Origin: Sulfurivirga sp. | Lineage (GTDB): Bacteria > Pseudomonadota > Gammaproteobacteria > Thiomicrospirales > Thiomicrospiraceae | DNA: 64,000 bases | Assembly (NCBI RefSeq): GCF_015490265.1 | Contig: NZ_WFYD01000062.1 | Location: 3,748 to 67,747 of the forward strand | Direction of reading: 5' to 3' | Part shown: positions 12,975 to 23,487 of the stretch, piece after piece | How the letters are laid out: each line of letters opens with the position of its first letter | Numbering within the stretch: position 1 is the first letter of the stretch | The notes under the pieces: generated by a model | Told to the model about the DNA's origin: nothing | The model's input: the letters and a program-made list of their open reading frames with translations, nothing else | The model's database searches: none | Position numbers and translations under genes: made by a program

Positions 12975-13345
12975 GCGATTTTCCGCCGCGACAGACCACC
13001 GTCCGGCAAAAATGGGGGAGACCCCATCGTCAGGGCGCTTTCAGCATGGCAGGGCGACTTCTGCGGTGTCGTGCCGTTCGCCGGTGGCGGTGACCGTGGC
13101 GTATCGGGTCGGCCTGCAACAATGGAGGGCGCCACACCGGAAAAAATCGACGGAAGGCCGCATTTCCCCCTGTTTTCCGCCAGGCCGCCGGCGCGGTTGC
13201 GCGGCGGACCGTATAAACGGGAGAGACCCCGTTCAGTGGGCGTTGCGGGGCGGAAAAGGGTTGTTGGGCGGGCTTTTTCCGATGTGCCGCGGGCGGGTCG
13301 GACAGGCATTGGGCAAAAATGGGGGAGACCCCGTGTGGGACGGTG
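12975..13345 (-). repeat. array of dispersed repeat units (reverse orientation): type A, type B, type A
   Basis: Cores are GCAAAAATGGGGGAGACCCCAT at 13006-13027, type B GTATAAACGGGAGAGACCCCGTTCAGTGGGCGTTGCGGGG at 13211-13250, and GCAAAAATGGGGGAGACCCCGT at 13313-13334. Each is preceded by a TTTTCCG...GCCGC arm. Confidence 0.85.
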
Positions 13346-13387
13346 TCTGCCGGTTGCCCGGCAGAGCCTTTGAGAAGCCTCGGCCAC

Positions 13388-14761
13388 TCAGTGACCGCCG
13401 TGGCCGAGGCTGCGGGCGTAGAGGGTGAGGGCAAACAGAGCCAGATAGCCCCAGATGACCAGCCCGGCCAGCAGGGTGGCGCCGGTCAGGCGCAGACCGG
13501 TCAGCCCCAGCTGTTTCAGCTGGCGCACCAGCACCCACAGGGCGGCGATGGCGGCCAGCACATTGAACAGATTGAAGGCGCGCAGCCACGGGTCATGGCG
13601 GAAGCTGGCCCAGGGTTCCGCCGTCTGGGGCAGACCCACCAGCCAGTAGAAGGCGTTCTGCAGATCCGGCGCGTAGTGCAGGAAGAAGAAGGCGCCCACA
13701 TGGCTGAGGGCGCCGATGAGCATCAGCGGCCCGAGCGCCAGTCCGGCGTGGTCGAACATCTGCCAGAAGGGCACGCGGGCAAATCGGGCCGCCAGCCAGA
13801 AGCCGCCGAACACCAGCGCCAGAGTGCCGGCGGTGGCGGTGACCAGCGCACTGAAACCCACCCAGTCCAGCCCACCGAAATCCGGCAGGTGAGCGGCCAG
13901 CCAGTGGCCCATCTGCACCCACGGCAGCTGTTCCTTGAGGGCGGAATGCCCCAGAGCGTGATGCAGGCGCATGGTCATGGTGATGACAATCAGCAGGGTG
14001 AGAAACACCCACACGGTCATGCGCCGGTCCAGTTTTCCGGAATGGCTCAGCTGGGTCATGGGCGGCACCAGATCCCACCGGACGGCGCTGCAGGCCTGCG
14101 CGCAGTCCATGCAGGTGGTGCAGTCCTGCATGTCGTTCTTCTGCTCGAACAGGTAGGGGCGCAGTTTCCACTGGCACGCCTTGACGCAGTCGAAGCTGCG
14201 GCAGCTGGTGCAGCGGCTCTGGTCCGTCTCCAGCCGGGCGAAGCCCACCTTGCTGAACGCCTTGGTGACGCTGCCGATGGGGCACAGATAGCGGCAGTAG
14301 TCCATGTTGCGGTAGCGGTAGAACATGAACCAGGCCAGCAGGGTCAGCGCCAGAAAGTAGCTGGCGGTGACCAGCGGGTTTTTCAGCAGCCCCGGCCACA
14401 GGTAGAGCGGCACCCAGTAGCTGACCACCAGCAGTCCCAGCCCCCACCAGCGGTTGCGCAGCCAGTTGGGCATCAGCTTTTGCGGCCCGGACCGGTTGAG
14501 CCAGCGACCGATGAAGCTGTGGGGGCAGATCATGCAGAACACCGGCCCCAGCGTCACCATGGTGGTGATGAGAAAGAAGGGCCAGAACAGTGACCAGAAC
14601 AGCGCCGTGGTGTAGGGGTTCTCCTCCGCCTTCGGGTAGATGAAGCCGAAGGCGATGGCGGAGAGAAACAGCAGCAGCACCGCGGCCCGCAGGCCCTCCA
14701 GCAGCGCGTGGCGGCGCAGCAGCGGGCCGATCAGCGGCCAGTCGAGCAGGTTGCGGGTCAT
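13388..14761 (-). CDS. integral-membrane 4Fe-4S (polyferredoxin) protein, NapH/MauN/YccM-like
   Basis: 457 aa with about 10 predicted TM helices. Cys motifs are FCMICPH, CRYLCPIG, CTSCRSFDCVKAC and CTTCMDCAQAC, which is the pattern of membrane-bound NapH-type Fe-S proteins. Confidence 0.7.
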   Translation of the reverse strand: MTRNLLDWPLIGPLLRRHALLEGLRAAVLLLFLSAIAFGFIYPKAEENPYTTALFWSLFWPFFLITTMVTLGPVFCMICPHSFIGRWLNRSGPQKLMPNWLRNRWWGLGLLVVSYWVPLYLWPGLLKNPLVTASYFLALTLLAWFMFYRYRNMDYCRYLCPIGSVTKAFSKVGFARLETDQSRCTSCRSFDCVKACQWKLRPYLFEQKNDMQDCTTCMDCAQACSAVRWDLVPPMTQLSHSGKLDRRMTVWVFLTLLIVITMTMRLHHALGHSALKEQLPWVQMGHWLAAHLPDFGGLDWVGFSALVTATAGTLALVFGGFWLAARFARVPFWQMFDHAGLALGPLMLIGALSHVGAFFFLHYAPDLQNAFYWLVGLPQTAEPWASFRHDPWLRAFNLFNVLAAIAALWVLVRQLKQLGLTGLRLTGATLLAGLVIWGYLALFALTLYARSLGHGGH

Positions 14762-14773
14762 GGCCGGATGTCC

Positions 14774-16879
14774 TCAGAAGGTGTATTTGTAGCGCAGCTG
14801 CACATAGCGCGGCTCGCCCGGCACATAGCTGGTCTTGCTATAGGAGCCATACCAGGTTTTGCTGGCCTCCTCCGCGTAGCGCAGGTCGAACAGGTTGTTC
14901 ACATTCAGCTGCAGGTCATGGTGGCCGTGCCGCCAGCCCACCATCAGGTCGGCCACCATGTTGTAGCCGGGGTAGCGCTCGGTGTTTTTGTCATCCATGT
15001 AGTAGGCGTCCATGCCCCGGCCGGACAGGCGTGCCCGCCAGGCGCCGCGGTGGAAGTCGGCATACAGCATCCAGCGCTGTTCCGGGGTGAAACGCACCGC
15101 ATTGCCGGAGTAGTCGATGCCGTCGTCCTTGAAATCGATGTAGCGGTAGTCCAGTCCTTCCCAGTTGGCGCCCACATCCAGCCAGCTGAGCAGGGTGTAG
15201 CCGAGGCTCAGCTCCAGCCCTTTCTTTTCCGTCCGTCCGGCATTGGTGTAGTAGGTGGCGCCGGTGGCGTCGGTGCGTTTGACGATCTCGTCCTCCAGGT
15301 TGATCAGGTAGGCGGCCAGCTCTCCGTGCAGTTTGCCACGGCGGAACCGGGCGCCCACTTCATACTGGGTGCTGGTGGAGGCTTTCAGATCGGCCCCCCT
15401 GCCGACGGCATAGTTGGCGGAGACCTCGTTGTCGGTGGGCGCCTGCTGGCCTCGGCTCACATTGGCGTACAGGTTCACGCCCGGCAGGGCCTTGTAGAGC
15501 AGCCCGATCTTGGGGGAGAGCAGGTCGTAGTCGGCGCTGTAGCTGTAGCGGCCTGCGCCGGTCACATAGTTGCCGGCGGCGTAGTCATAGCGCTCCCATT
15601 GCATGCCGCTCACGTCGAAGTTGAGCCGGTCATAGCGTACGCCGGCGTCCATGGACAGGCGGTCGGTCAACTGCAGGTGCTGCTGGATGTAGCCGCCAAA
15701 CAGGGTCGAGGTGCTGTCGCTGCGCTCCATCAGCGCGCCTTTTTCGTCGGAGAGCACCTCGGTGATTCTGGTTCCGCTCCATCCTGATGTAACCAGATAA
15801 TCACGATAGCGGTAGCGCTCGCTCTTGTCGGTGGCGTCCTGCCGTCCGGTCAGGCCCACGACCAGCTGTCCCTTGCGGCCGAACAGGGTGTTGTGGCGGC
15901 TCAGCGGCAGATCCAGCCCGACCACATGGTCATACTTGACATTGATGGTACCGGTGACCGGGTGGAAGTGATCCCACCAGTTGGCATAGATGCGCGGCTG
16001 GAACCGCCAGTCGCCCAGACGGGTGTCATAGCGGCTGTTGAGAAAGAAAATGTGGCTGTAGCGCCCGCTTTTGACGAAGGCGCTGCCGGTGGCATCCGGC
16101 GTGTTGCGGGTCTTGCCGCTGTCCATGTATTCATCGAAACCGGTCTGGTTGAGCGTGCCCGGCAGCTGCAGGTTGGCCTCCGTGTAGCTCAGTTCCGTCT
16201 CCAGCGCGCTGTCGTTGTTGAAAAAGTGCCCGTGCTTGAGGCTCACCTGCGTGGTGTCGAATTTGTTCCACTCGCGCCAGTCATTGTCGGAGGCGCGGCG
16301 GCTCACATTGAGGGAGAACATGTCATCGGCCCCGGCGCTGAAATGCTTGCGGGCGTTCAGGTCATAGCTGCCGAAGCTGCCCCTGGCCGCCTTGACGCGG
16401 TCGCCGGTGGTGTCGAACACCGACTTGGAATGCAGGTAGATGACACCGCCGGTGGCATTGGCCGCCTCGATGGAACCGGGCCCCTTGAACACTTCAAGAC
16501 TGTCCAGATCGTCAATGTCGATGTAGTCGAAGCGGGTGAAGCTGTCCGGGTCGGTCATGGGCACGCCATCGCGGATGACCATGATTTCGCGCACCCCGTA
16601 GCGGGCCTTCAGCCCAGCGCCACGGATGATCAGACGGCTGTCGTAGCCGTTGCTTTTGCTGATGGCCGTCACGCCCGGAATGCCCTTGAGCACGTCGTTG
16701 ATATTGCGGGGAGCGCGCTGTTCAACCGCCTGCTGGTCCACCACCGTGACGGCGTGGGGCACTTCGCTGGCAGGGGTTTCCATCTTGGTGGCGGTGACGC
16801 TGACGGCCTCCATCTCTTCGGCCAGAGCGGGGGTCGATACGGCTGCGAGCACGGCTGTGGCAATAAGCGTTCGGCGCAT
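14774..16879 (-). CDS. TonB-dependent outer-membrane receptor
   Basis: The signal peptide is MRRTLIATAVLAAVSTPALA. The plug region reads VVDQQAVEQRAPRNINDVLKGIPGV...IRGAG, and the protein ends in the typical terminal aromatic (RYKYTF). AAGGAG lies 7 nt upstream of the ATG at 16879. The track ORF extends further upstream, to 17140, than I think is real. Confidence 0.9.
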   Translation of the reverse strand: MRRTLIATAVLAAVSTPALAEEMEAVSVTATKMETPASEVPHAVTVVDQQAVEQRAPRNINDVLKGIPGVTAISKSNGYDSRLIIRGAGLKARYGVREIMVIRDGVPMTDPDSFTRFDYIDIDDLDSLEVFKGPGSIEAANATGGVIYLHSKSVFDTTGDRVKAARGSFGSYDLNARKHFSAGADDMFSLNVSRRASDNDWREWNKFDTTQVSLKHGHFFNNDSALETELSYTEANLQLPGTLNQTGFDEYMDSGKTRNTPDATGSAFVKSGRYSHIFFLNSRYDTRLGDWRFQPRIYANWWDHFHPVTGTINVKYDHVVGLDLPLSRHNTLFGRKGQLVVGLTGRQDATDKSERYRYRDYLVTSGWSGTRITEVLSDEKGALMERSDSTSTLFGGYIQQHLQLTDRLSMDAGVRYDRLNFDVSGMQWERYDYAAGNYVTGAGRYSYSADYDLLSPKIGLLYKALPGVNLYANVSRGQQAPTDNEVSANYAVGRGADLKASTSTQYEVGARFRRGKLHGELAAYLINLEDEIVKRTDATGATYYTNAGRTEKKGLELSLGYTLLSWLDVGANWEGLDYRYIDFKDDGIDYSGNAVRFTPEQRWMLYADFHRGAWRARLSGRGMDAYYMDDKNTERYPGYNMVADLMVGWRHGHHDLQLNVNNLFDLRYAEEASKTWYGSYSKTSYVPGEPRYVQLRYKYTF

Positions 16880-17214
16880 GATGGACTCCTTTTTCATATT
16901 GCAGACCCTAAACACTGATGGATGTGCGGGTATTAGACGATTGAGTGTTCGGGAAAAGTCTGAAGAAAGCCTTGAAACAGGCTTGCGAAAGTATTGAGGT
17001 GGCAGGATGGGGATTGACAGCCGGTTTGAGATTTGTTGCCACTGTTGCCGCCTGCCTGGAGAACGGATGACCAGGGCTGAAGGTGACAGGCCGTGACGCT
17101 GCATTCGGAGCAGGTCGCACGGCAAAAGGGCGCTCGTCACACCGGAAAAGCCGGCTGACCGCGCATTTCCACGCCATGCTCCGCTCGGCCATCAGCGCGG
17201 TTGTACGGCAGGCT

Positions 17215-17345
17215 GTAAAAACGGGGGAGAGCCCGTTCAGCGGGCATTGCGGGGTGGGATATAGCCACGGAAAGGGCGTTTTTCCGGCACGCCGCAGGCG
17301 CGTCAGACGGGCGTTCGCTAAAAACAGGGGAGACCCCGTGCGGAG
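17215..17345 (-). repeat. composite dispersed repeat (type B plus type A, reverse orientation), homologous to 13211-13345
   Basis: Cores are type B GTAAAAACGGGGGAGAGCCCGTTCAGCGGGCATTGCGGGG at 17215-17254 and type A GCTAAAAACAGGGGAGACCCCGT at 17317-17339. The spacing of about 100 nt matches the 13.2 kb locus. Confidence 0.85.
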
Positions 17346-17380
17346 TCTGTCATTGCGGGCGCGGTCGTGCCCGCCGGGAT

Positions 17381-18184
17381 TCAGGTGCGGTATTCCTGCG
17401 GAATGGTGCGGGCGATCACTCTGGCCATCTCGCGGAGCATGGCCGGGTTGGCCGCCAGAATGTTGCCGGACTTGAGGAAGTTCTCGCCCCCGGCAAAATC
17501 GGTGACGATGCCGCCGGCTTCGCGCACGATCAGCGCACCGGCCGCGATGTCCCATGGGCGCAGGTTGAACTCCCAGTAGCCGTCCACCCGTCCGCAGGCC
17601 ACATAGGCCAGGTCCAGCGCGGCGGAGCCGGGACGGCGGATGCCCGCAGTATGCATCATGAAGTGGCGCAGGCTGGCCATGTAGCTGTCCACGAAGTCGA
17701 ACTCCCGGTAGGGGATGCCGGTGGCCAGCAGCGCCTGTTCCAGCCGCCGCGTCTCGCTGACGCGGATGCGGCGGTTGTTGAGCCGTGCCCCTTCACCCCG
17801 GCTGGCGGTGAACAGCTCATCCCGGATCGGGTCGTAGATGACGGCGTGCTCCAGCCGTCCCCTGATGCGGATGGCGATGGAGACGGCGAAGTGGGGAAAG
17901 CCGTGCAGGAAGTTGGTGGTGCCGTCCAGCGGGTCAATGATCCACTCCGCCTCGGCGTTCTGCACCCGTCGGCCGTGACCCTCCTCCGCTATAATGCTGT
18001 GCTTCGGGTAATACTTCTCGATGGTGTCCACGATGGCCCGTTCGGCCTCGCGGTCCGCCTCGGAGACAAAGTCGTTGTAGGCCTTCTGTTCAACATTCAG
18101 GCGGTCGAGGTCGTCAAAGTGGCGGCGCAGCAGGCCGCCGGCCTTTTCGGCCGCCCGGATGGCGATGTTCAGATAGGGATGCAT
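17381..18184 (-). CDS. suhB: inositol monophosphatase family protein SuhB
   Basis: MHPYLNIAIRAAEKAG, WIIDPLDGTTNF and AAGALIVREAGG are present. The ATG is at 18184, and the track ORF extends further upstream than I think is real. Confidence 0.9.
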   Translation of the reverse strand: MHPYLNIAIRAAEKAGGLLRRHFDDLDRLNVEQKAYNDFVSEADREAERAIVDTIEKYYPKHSIIAEEGHGRRVQNAEAEWIIDPLDGTTNFLHGFPHFAVSIAIRIRGRLEHAVIYDPIRDELFTASRGEGARLNNRRIRVSETRRLEQALLATGIPYREFDFVDSYMASLRHFMMHTAGIRRPGSAALDLAYVACGRVDGYWEFNLRPWDIAAGALIVREAGGIVTDFAGGENFLKSGNILAANPAMLREMARVIARTIPQEYRT

Positions 18185-18262
18185 GGGTGTCCTGACATTG
18201 AATTTCGGGCGCGGAATTATACCCCACGGGCGGAGCGGAAGGGGCCTTTGAAGGAGTGTGGC

Positions 18263-19042
18263 ATGGAAGCAGTCGTCCGGCCGGACAACCACTGTGACGA
18301 CCCGCATCTGTCCCGGCTGCGGGTGGTGCTGGTGGAGCCCTCCCATCCGGGCAACATCGGTGGCGTGGCGCGGGCCATGAAGAACATGGGCCTGTGTCGG
18401 CTGGCGCTGGTCAATCCGCCGGCGGACTGGGCCGGCGAGCAGGCGCGCGTGCGCGCCACCTCGGCGCTGGATGTGCTGCAGCGGGCGGAGGTCTTCGACA
18501 GTCTGGAGGCGGCCATCGCCCCCTGCTCGCTAGTGCTGGGGGCCAGCGCCCGGCTGCGTTCCAGCCGCTGGCCGCAGCTGCCGGTGGACGAGGCGGCCTC
18601 GCTCGCCTTCGCCCGGGCGCAGGAGGGGGAGCATGTGGCGCTGGTGTTCGGACGGGAGAAGTCCGGTCTGACCAATGCCGAGCTGGATCTGTGCCATGCG
18701 CTGCTGCACATTCCCACCAACCCGGCGTGCAGCTCGCTGAACCTGGCCGCGGCGGTGCAGGTGGTGGCCTGGGAGGTCTATCAGCGCTGGCTGGGTGACG
18801 AGAAGCCGGTCAGCAGCACCTTCGAGGGCGCGCCGCGGGTCAGCGCCGAGGTGATGGAGGGCTTCTACGACCACCTGTTCACCCTGCTGGAGCAGGTGGA
18901 GTTCATGGACCCGAAGCAGAACGCACATTTTCGCCGGCGCATGCGCAAGCTGTTCCACCGCGCCGGGCTCAATCAGAAGGAAGTGGACATTCTGCGCGGC
19001 ATTTTCCGCGCCTGTCAGCGCAAACTGGGTGTACTGGACTGA
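18263..19042 (+). CDS. trmJ: tRNA (cytidine/uridine-2'-O-)-methyltransferase TrmJ (SpoU family)
   Basis: LRVVLVEPSHPGNIGGVARAMKNMGL, ALVFGREKSGLTNAEL and SSLNLAAAVQVVAWE are present. AAGGAG lies upstream of the ATG at 18263. It is divergent from suhB, as in Pseudomonas and E. coli. Confidence 0.88.
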   Translation: MEAVVRPDNHCDDPHLSRLRVVLVEPSHPGNIGGVARAMKNMGLCRLALVNPPADWAGEQARVRATSALDVLQRAEVFDSLEAAIAPCSLVLGASARLRSSRWPQLPVDEAASLAFARAQEGEHVALVFGREKSGLTNAELDLCHALLHIPTNPACSSLNLAAAVQVVAWEVYQRWLGDEKPVSSTFEGAPRVSAEVMEGFYDHLFTLLEQVEFMDPKQNAHFRRRMRKLFHRAGLNQKEVDILRGIFRACQRKLGVLD

Positions 19043-19045
19043 ATC

Positions 19046-19807
19046 ATGTGGGAACGTATTCGAGAAGACATCCGCTGCGTGTTCGACCGGGACCCGGCGG
19101 CGCGCACCACCTTTGAGGTGCTGACCACCTATCCGGGGGTGCACGCGGTGCTGTGGCACCGGCTCAACCACTGGCTGTGGCAGCGCAACTTCAAGTGGCT
19201 GGCCCGCTGGCTCTCCACGCTGGCCCGCTGGCTCACCGGCATCGAAATCCACCCGGGGGCGAAGATCGGCCGGCGCTTCTTCATCGACCACGGCATGGGC
19301 GTGGTCATCGGCGAGACGGCGGAGATCGGCGATGACGTGACGCTCTATCACGGCGTCACGCTCGGCGGCACCAGCTGGCAGCCGGGCAAGCGCCACCCCA
19401 CGCTGCGCGATGGCGTGGTGGTGGGTGCCGGCGCCAAGGTGCTCGGCCCCATCGAGGTGGGCGAGAACGCCCGTATCGGCGCCAATGCCGTGGTGGTGCG
19501 GGACGTGCCGGCGGGCGAGACCGTCGTGGGCGTGCCCGGTCATCTGGTCAAGCGTGCCAAGGCCGAGCAGGCGGAGAAGCGCAAAAAGGCCGAGGCGCTC
19601 GGCTTTGACGCCTACGGCATCACCCCCGACCTGCCGGATCCGGTGGAAAACGCCATCTACAGTCTGCTGGAGCACATCCACGCGCAGGACTGCAAGCTCC
19701 GCGCGCTGGAGGAGGCGGTGGAGAAGCTGGGAGGGCGTGTGGAGGACAACTGCCCGCTGCCGCCGCTGGATGAGGCCGCACTGGATGACGCGTCCGACAA
19801 GATGTGA
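19046..19807 (+). CDS. cysE: serine O-acetyltransferase
   Basis: It has the hexapeptide-repeat region [44 protein letters not shown]. Confidence 0.92.
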   Translation: MWERIREDIRCVFDRDPAARTTFEVLTTYPGVHAVLWHRLNHWLWQRNFKWLARWLSTLARWLTGIEIHPGAKIGRRFFIDHGMGVVIGETAEIGDDVTLYHGVTLGGTSWQPGKRHPTLRDGVVVGAGAKVLGPIEVGENARIGANAVVVRDVPAGETVVGVPGHLVKRAKAEQAEKRKKAEALGFDAYGITPDLPDPVENAIYSLLEHIHAQDCKLRALEEAVEKLGGRVEDNCPLPPLDEAALDDASDKM

Positions 19808-19810
19808 TAT

Positions 19811-19835
19811 ATTTCCGACCAAAACAGTCGGAAAT
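19811..19835 (+). promoter_or_regulatory. putative IscR type-1 operator upstream of iscR
   Basis: The inverted repeat is ATTTCCGAC-CAAAACA-GTCGGAAAT. By my count it matches 19 of 25 positions of the recalled type-1 consensus ATASYYGACTRWWWYAGTCRRSTAT. It ends 27 nt upstream of the iscR ATG. Confidence 0.5.
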
Positions 19836-19861
19836 AGACATATCAACACGCGGGTGACATT

Positions 19862-20311
19862 ATGAAACTGACCTCACGAGGACGCTATGCGGTCACCGCC
19901 ATGCTGGACATGGCGCTGCGGCCGGAAGGCGAGCGGGTGACCCTCAACGAGATTTCCAGACGTCAGGGCATCTCCCTGTCCTATCTGGAGCAGATCTTCG
20001 CCAAGCTGCGCAAGGCGGGGCTGGTCTCCAGCCTGCGCGGGCCGGGGGGCGGCTACACGCTGGCCCGTCCGGCGGATGAGATCAGCGTGGCGCAGATCAT
20101 CCATGCGGTGGACGAGGTGCTGGATGCCCGCTACTGCGGCGGCGGGCGTGACTGCCACAACGGACAGGAGTGCCTTTCACACCAGCTGTGGAACGACCTG
20201 AGCGAGCGTATCGAGAGCTATCTGGACAGCATTACCCTTCAACAGCTGCTCGACGCCCGCCAGCTGGGCGGGCCGGTCGAGGTGACCTTTTCGCGGGAGG
20301 CGGCATACTGA
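19862..20311 (+). CDS. iscR: Fe-S cluster assembly transcriptional regulator IscR (Rrf2 family)
   Basis: MKLTSRGRYAVTAMLDMAL and LSYLEQIFAKLRKAGLVSSLRGPGGGY are present. The three cluster-ligand Cys lie in RYCGGGRDCHNGQECLSH. Confidence 0.9.
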   Translation: MKLTSRGRYAVTAMLDMALRPEGERVTLNEISRRQGISLSYLEQIFAKLRKAGLVSSLRGPGGGYTLARPADEISVAQIIHAVDEVLDARYCGGGRDCHNGQECLSHQLWNDLSERIESYLDSITLQQLLDARQLGGPVEVTFSREAAY

Positions 20312-20637
20312 TGGCAGTGACACTGACGGAATCGGCGGCGGAGCGGGTGAAGCAGATGCTGGCCAAACGGGGCCACGGCGTCGGCATGCGCGTGGGCGTG
20401 AAGAAGTCCGGCTGCGCCGGCTACAGCTATGTGGTGGACTACGCCGACGAGGTGGGGCCGGAGGACGAGGTGTTCGAAAGCCACGGCGCCAAGGTGGTGG
20501 TCAGCCGCAAGGATCTGGAATTCATCGACGGCATGACGCTGGACTACGTGAAGGAGAACCTGCTCAACGAAGGGTTCCAGTTCAACAACCCCAACGTCAA
20601 GGACAGCTGCGGCTGCGGCGAGTCATTCAGTATCTGA
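20311..20637 (+). CDS. iscA: A-type Fe-S cluster carrier IscA
   Basis: 108 aa. TLTESAAERVKQML, GVKKSGCAGYSY and NPNVKDSCGCGESFSI are present. The ATG overlaps the iscR stop by 1 nt (TGATG). Confidence 0.9.
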   Translation: MAVTLTESAAERVKQMLAKRGHGVGMRVGVKKSGCAGYSYVVDYADEVGPEDEVFESHGAKVVVSRKDLEFIDGMTLDYVKENLLNEGFQFNNPNVKDSCGCGESFSI

Positions 20638-20673
20638 TAGAATAGCCGCAGTTTTTCAACGGATGGAACACGC

Positions 20674-21096
20674 GTGGAACGAACTTTTGCCATCATCAAG
20701 CCGGACGCGGTGGCGCGCGATCTGATCGGAACCATCATCAGCCGCATCGAAGCGGCTGATTTGCATATTGAGGCCATGAAAATGGTGCACATGAGCCGGC
20801 GCGAGGCGGCGGGCTTCTACGCCGAGCACGAAGGCAAACCCTTCTGGGAGACGCTGCTGACCAACATGACCGCCGGCCCCAGCGTGGTGATGGTGCTCTC
20901 CGGCGACGACGCCATTGCCCGCTGGCGCGCGCTGATGGGGCCGACCGACCCGGCTCAGGGCGAACCGGGCCAGCTGCGTCATGATCTGGCCGAAAGCATG
21001 GAACGCAACAGCGTGCACGGCTCGGATTCGCCGGCCAGCGCCGTGCGCGAGATCGCCTGGTTCTTCGCCGGCATGGAGCTGCATCCCCGTGGCTGA
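20674..21096 (+). CDS. ndk: nucleoside diphosphate kinase
   Basis: [12 protein letters not shown] and [20 protein letters not shown] are present. The start is a GTG. Confidence 0.93.
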   Translation: MERTFAIIKPDAVARDLIGTIISRIEAADLHIEAMKMVHMSRREAAGFYAEHEGKPFWETLLTNMTAGPSVVMVLSGDDAIARWRALMGPTDPAQGEPGQLRHDLAESMERNSVHGSDSPASAVREIAWFFAGMELHPRG

Positions 21097-21118
21097 CGAA
21101 CGCGTCGATCTGCTGGGC

Positions 21119-22194
<1,076 letters not shown>

Positions 22195-22198
<4 letters not shown>

Positions 22199-23475
22199 GC
22201 AAGACCATCAGCGCCGTGCGCGGCATGAAGGACATTTTCGGCGACGAGGCGCGCGCCTTCGACCACCTGGTGGACACCGCCACCGACCTGCTGCGCCGCT
22301 ACGGCTTTCAGCCCATCCGCCTGCCGGTGGTGGAGAAGGTGGAGCTGTTCGTGCGCTCCATCGGCGAGGTCACCGACATCGTCGAGAAGGAGATGTATGT
22401 CTTCGAGGACCGCAACGGCGATGTGCTCGCCCTGCGGCCGGAAGGCACCGCCGGCTGCGTGCGCGCCGTGGTGGAGCACAACCTCACCCGCGGCCAGATC
22501 CAGAAGCTGTTCTATGTCGGTCCCATGTTCCGCCGCGAGCGTCCGCAGAAAGGGCGCTACCGCCAGTTCCACCAGCTGGGGGTGGAGGTGTTCGGCGTGG
22601 AGACGCCGGAGGCGGATGCGGAGCTGATCGCGCTCACCGCCCGCCTGTGGGAGGCGCTGGGCATCAATGGCCTGCGGCTGGAGCTCAACTCCCTCGGCAG
22701 CGCCGACAGCCGCCGCCGCTACCGCGAGGTGCTGGTGGCCTATTTCCGCGAGCACTACGACCAGCTGGACGAGGACTCGAAGCGGCGGCTGGAGACCAAC
22801 CCGCTGCGCATTCTCGACAGCAAGAACCCGGACATGCAGGCGCTGATCGAGGCGGCCCCCAAGCTGACCGACCATCTGGACGAGGCGGATCGGGCGCACT
22901 TTGAACAGGTGCGCGCCTATCTGGACGATCTGGGCATCGAGCATGTGGTCAATCCCACGCTGGTGCGCGGGCTGGACTACTACAACCGCACGGTGTTCGA
23001 GTGGATCACCACCGATCTGGGTGCCCAGGGCACCGTGTGCGCCGGCGGTCGCTACGACGGACTGGTGGAACAGATCGGCGGCAAGCCGACGCCGGCGGTG
23101 GGCTTCGCCATGGGCATCGAGCGGCTGATGGCGCTGCTGCTGGAGCGCAACCTGCTGCCGTATCGCAGCGTGGCAGATGTCTATGTGGTGGCCGTGGGCG
23201 AGGGGGCTCAGCGGCCGGCCATGGTGCTGGCCGAGCAGCTGCGCGAGGCGCTGCCTACGCTCAAGGTGCAGCTCAACGCCGGTGGCGGCAGCTTCAAGAG
23301 CCAGTTCAAGAAGGCGGACAAATCCGGCGCGGCCTACGCGCTGGTGCTGGGCGAGGACGAAGTGGCCGCGCGGCAGGTGGGCGTCAAGCCGCTGCGCGGT
23401 CAGGGCGAGCAGGAGATGGTGGGCTGGGATGAGCTGGCCGATCACCTGCAGGGCCTGTTCTGTTGTTATCTGTAA
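22195..23475 (+). CDS. hisS: histidine--tRNA ligase
   Basis: [47 protein letters not shown] and GGRYDGL are present. The ATG overlaps the rlmN stop (ATGA). Confidence 0.95.
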
Positions 23476-23487
23476 GGAGTTGAATCC

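Noticed and set aside
12972-13434. ORFs of 118-181 aa lying wholly inside repeat regions (for example 12842-13387(-), 12972-13373(+), 13012-13428(+), 16908-17555(-), 50279-50755(+)).
   Set aside because: They are built from repeat units. Recurrent GETP / GDPV / GVSPIFA peptides appear in all frames and on both strands. They lack RBS and family motifs and are artefacts of GC-rich repeats.
16880-17214. Cobalamin or other riboswitch in the long leader upstream of the TonB-dependent receptor.
   Set aside because: I looked for B12-box-like and GCCACUG/GGGAA core elements. Only fragmentary matches occur, and they lie on the plus strand, the wrong strand for this minus-strand gene. I found no convincing Fur box either. 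A covariance-model scan would be needed to settle this.
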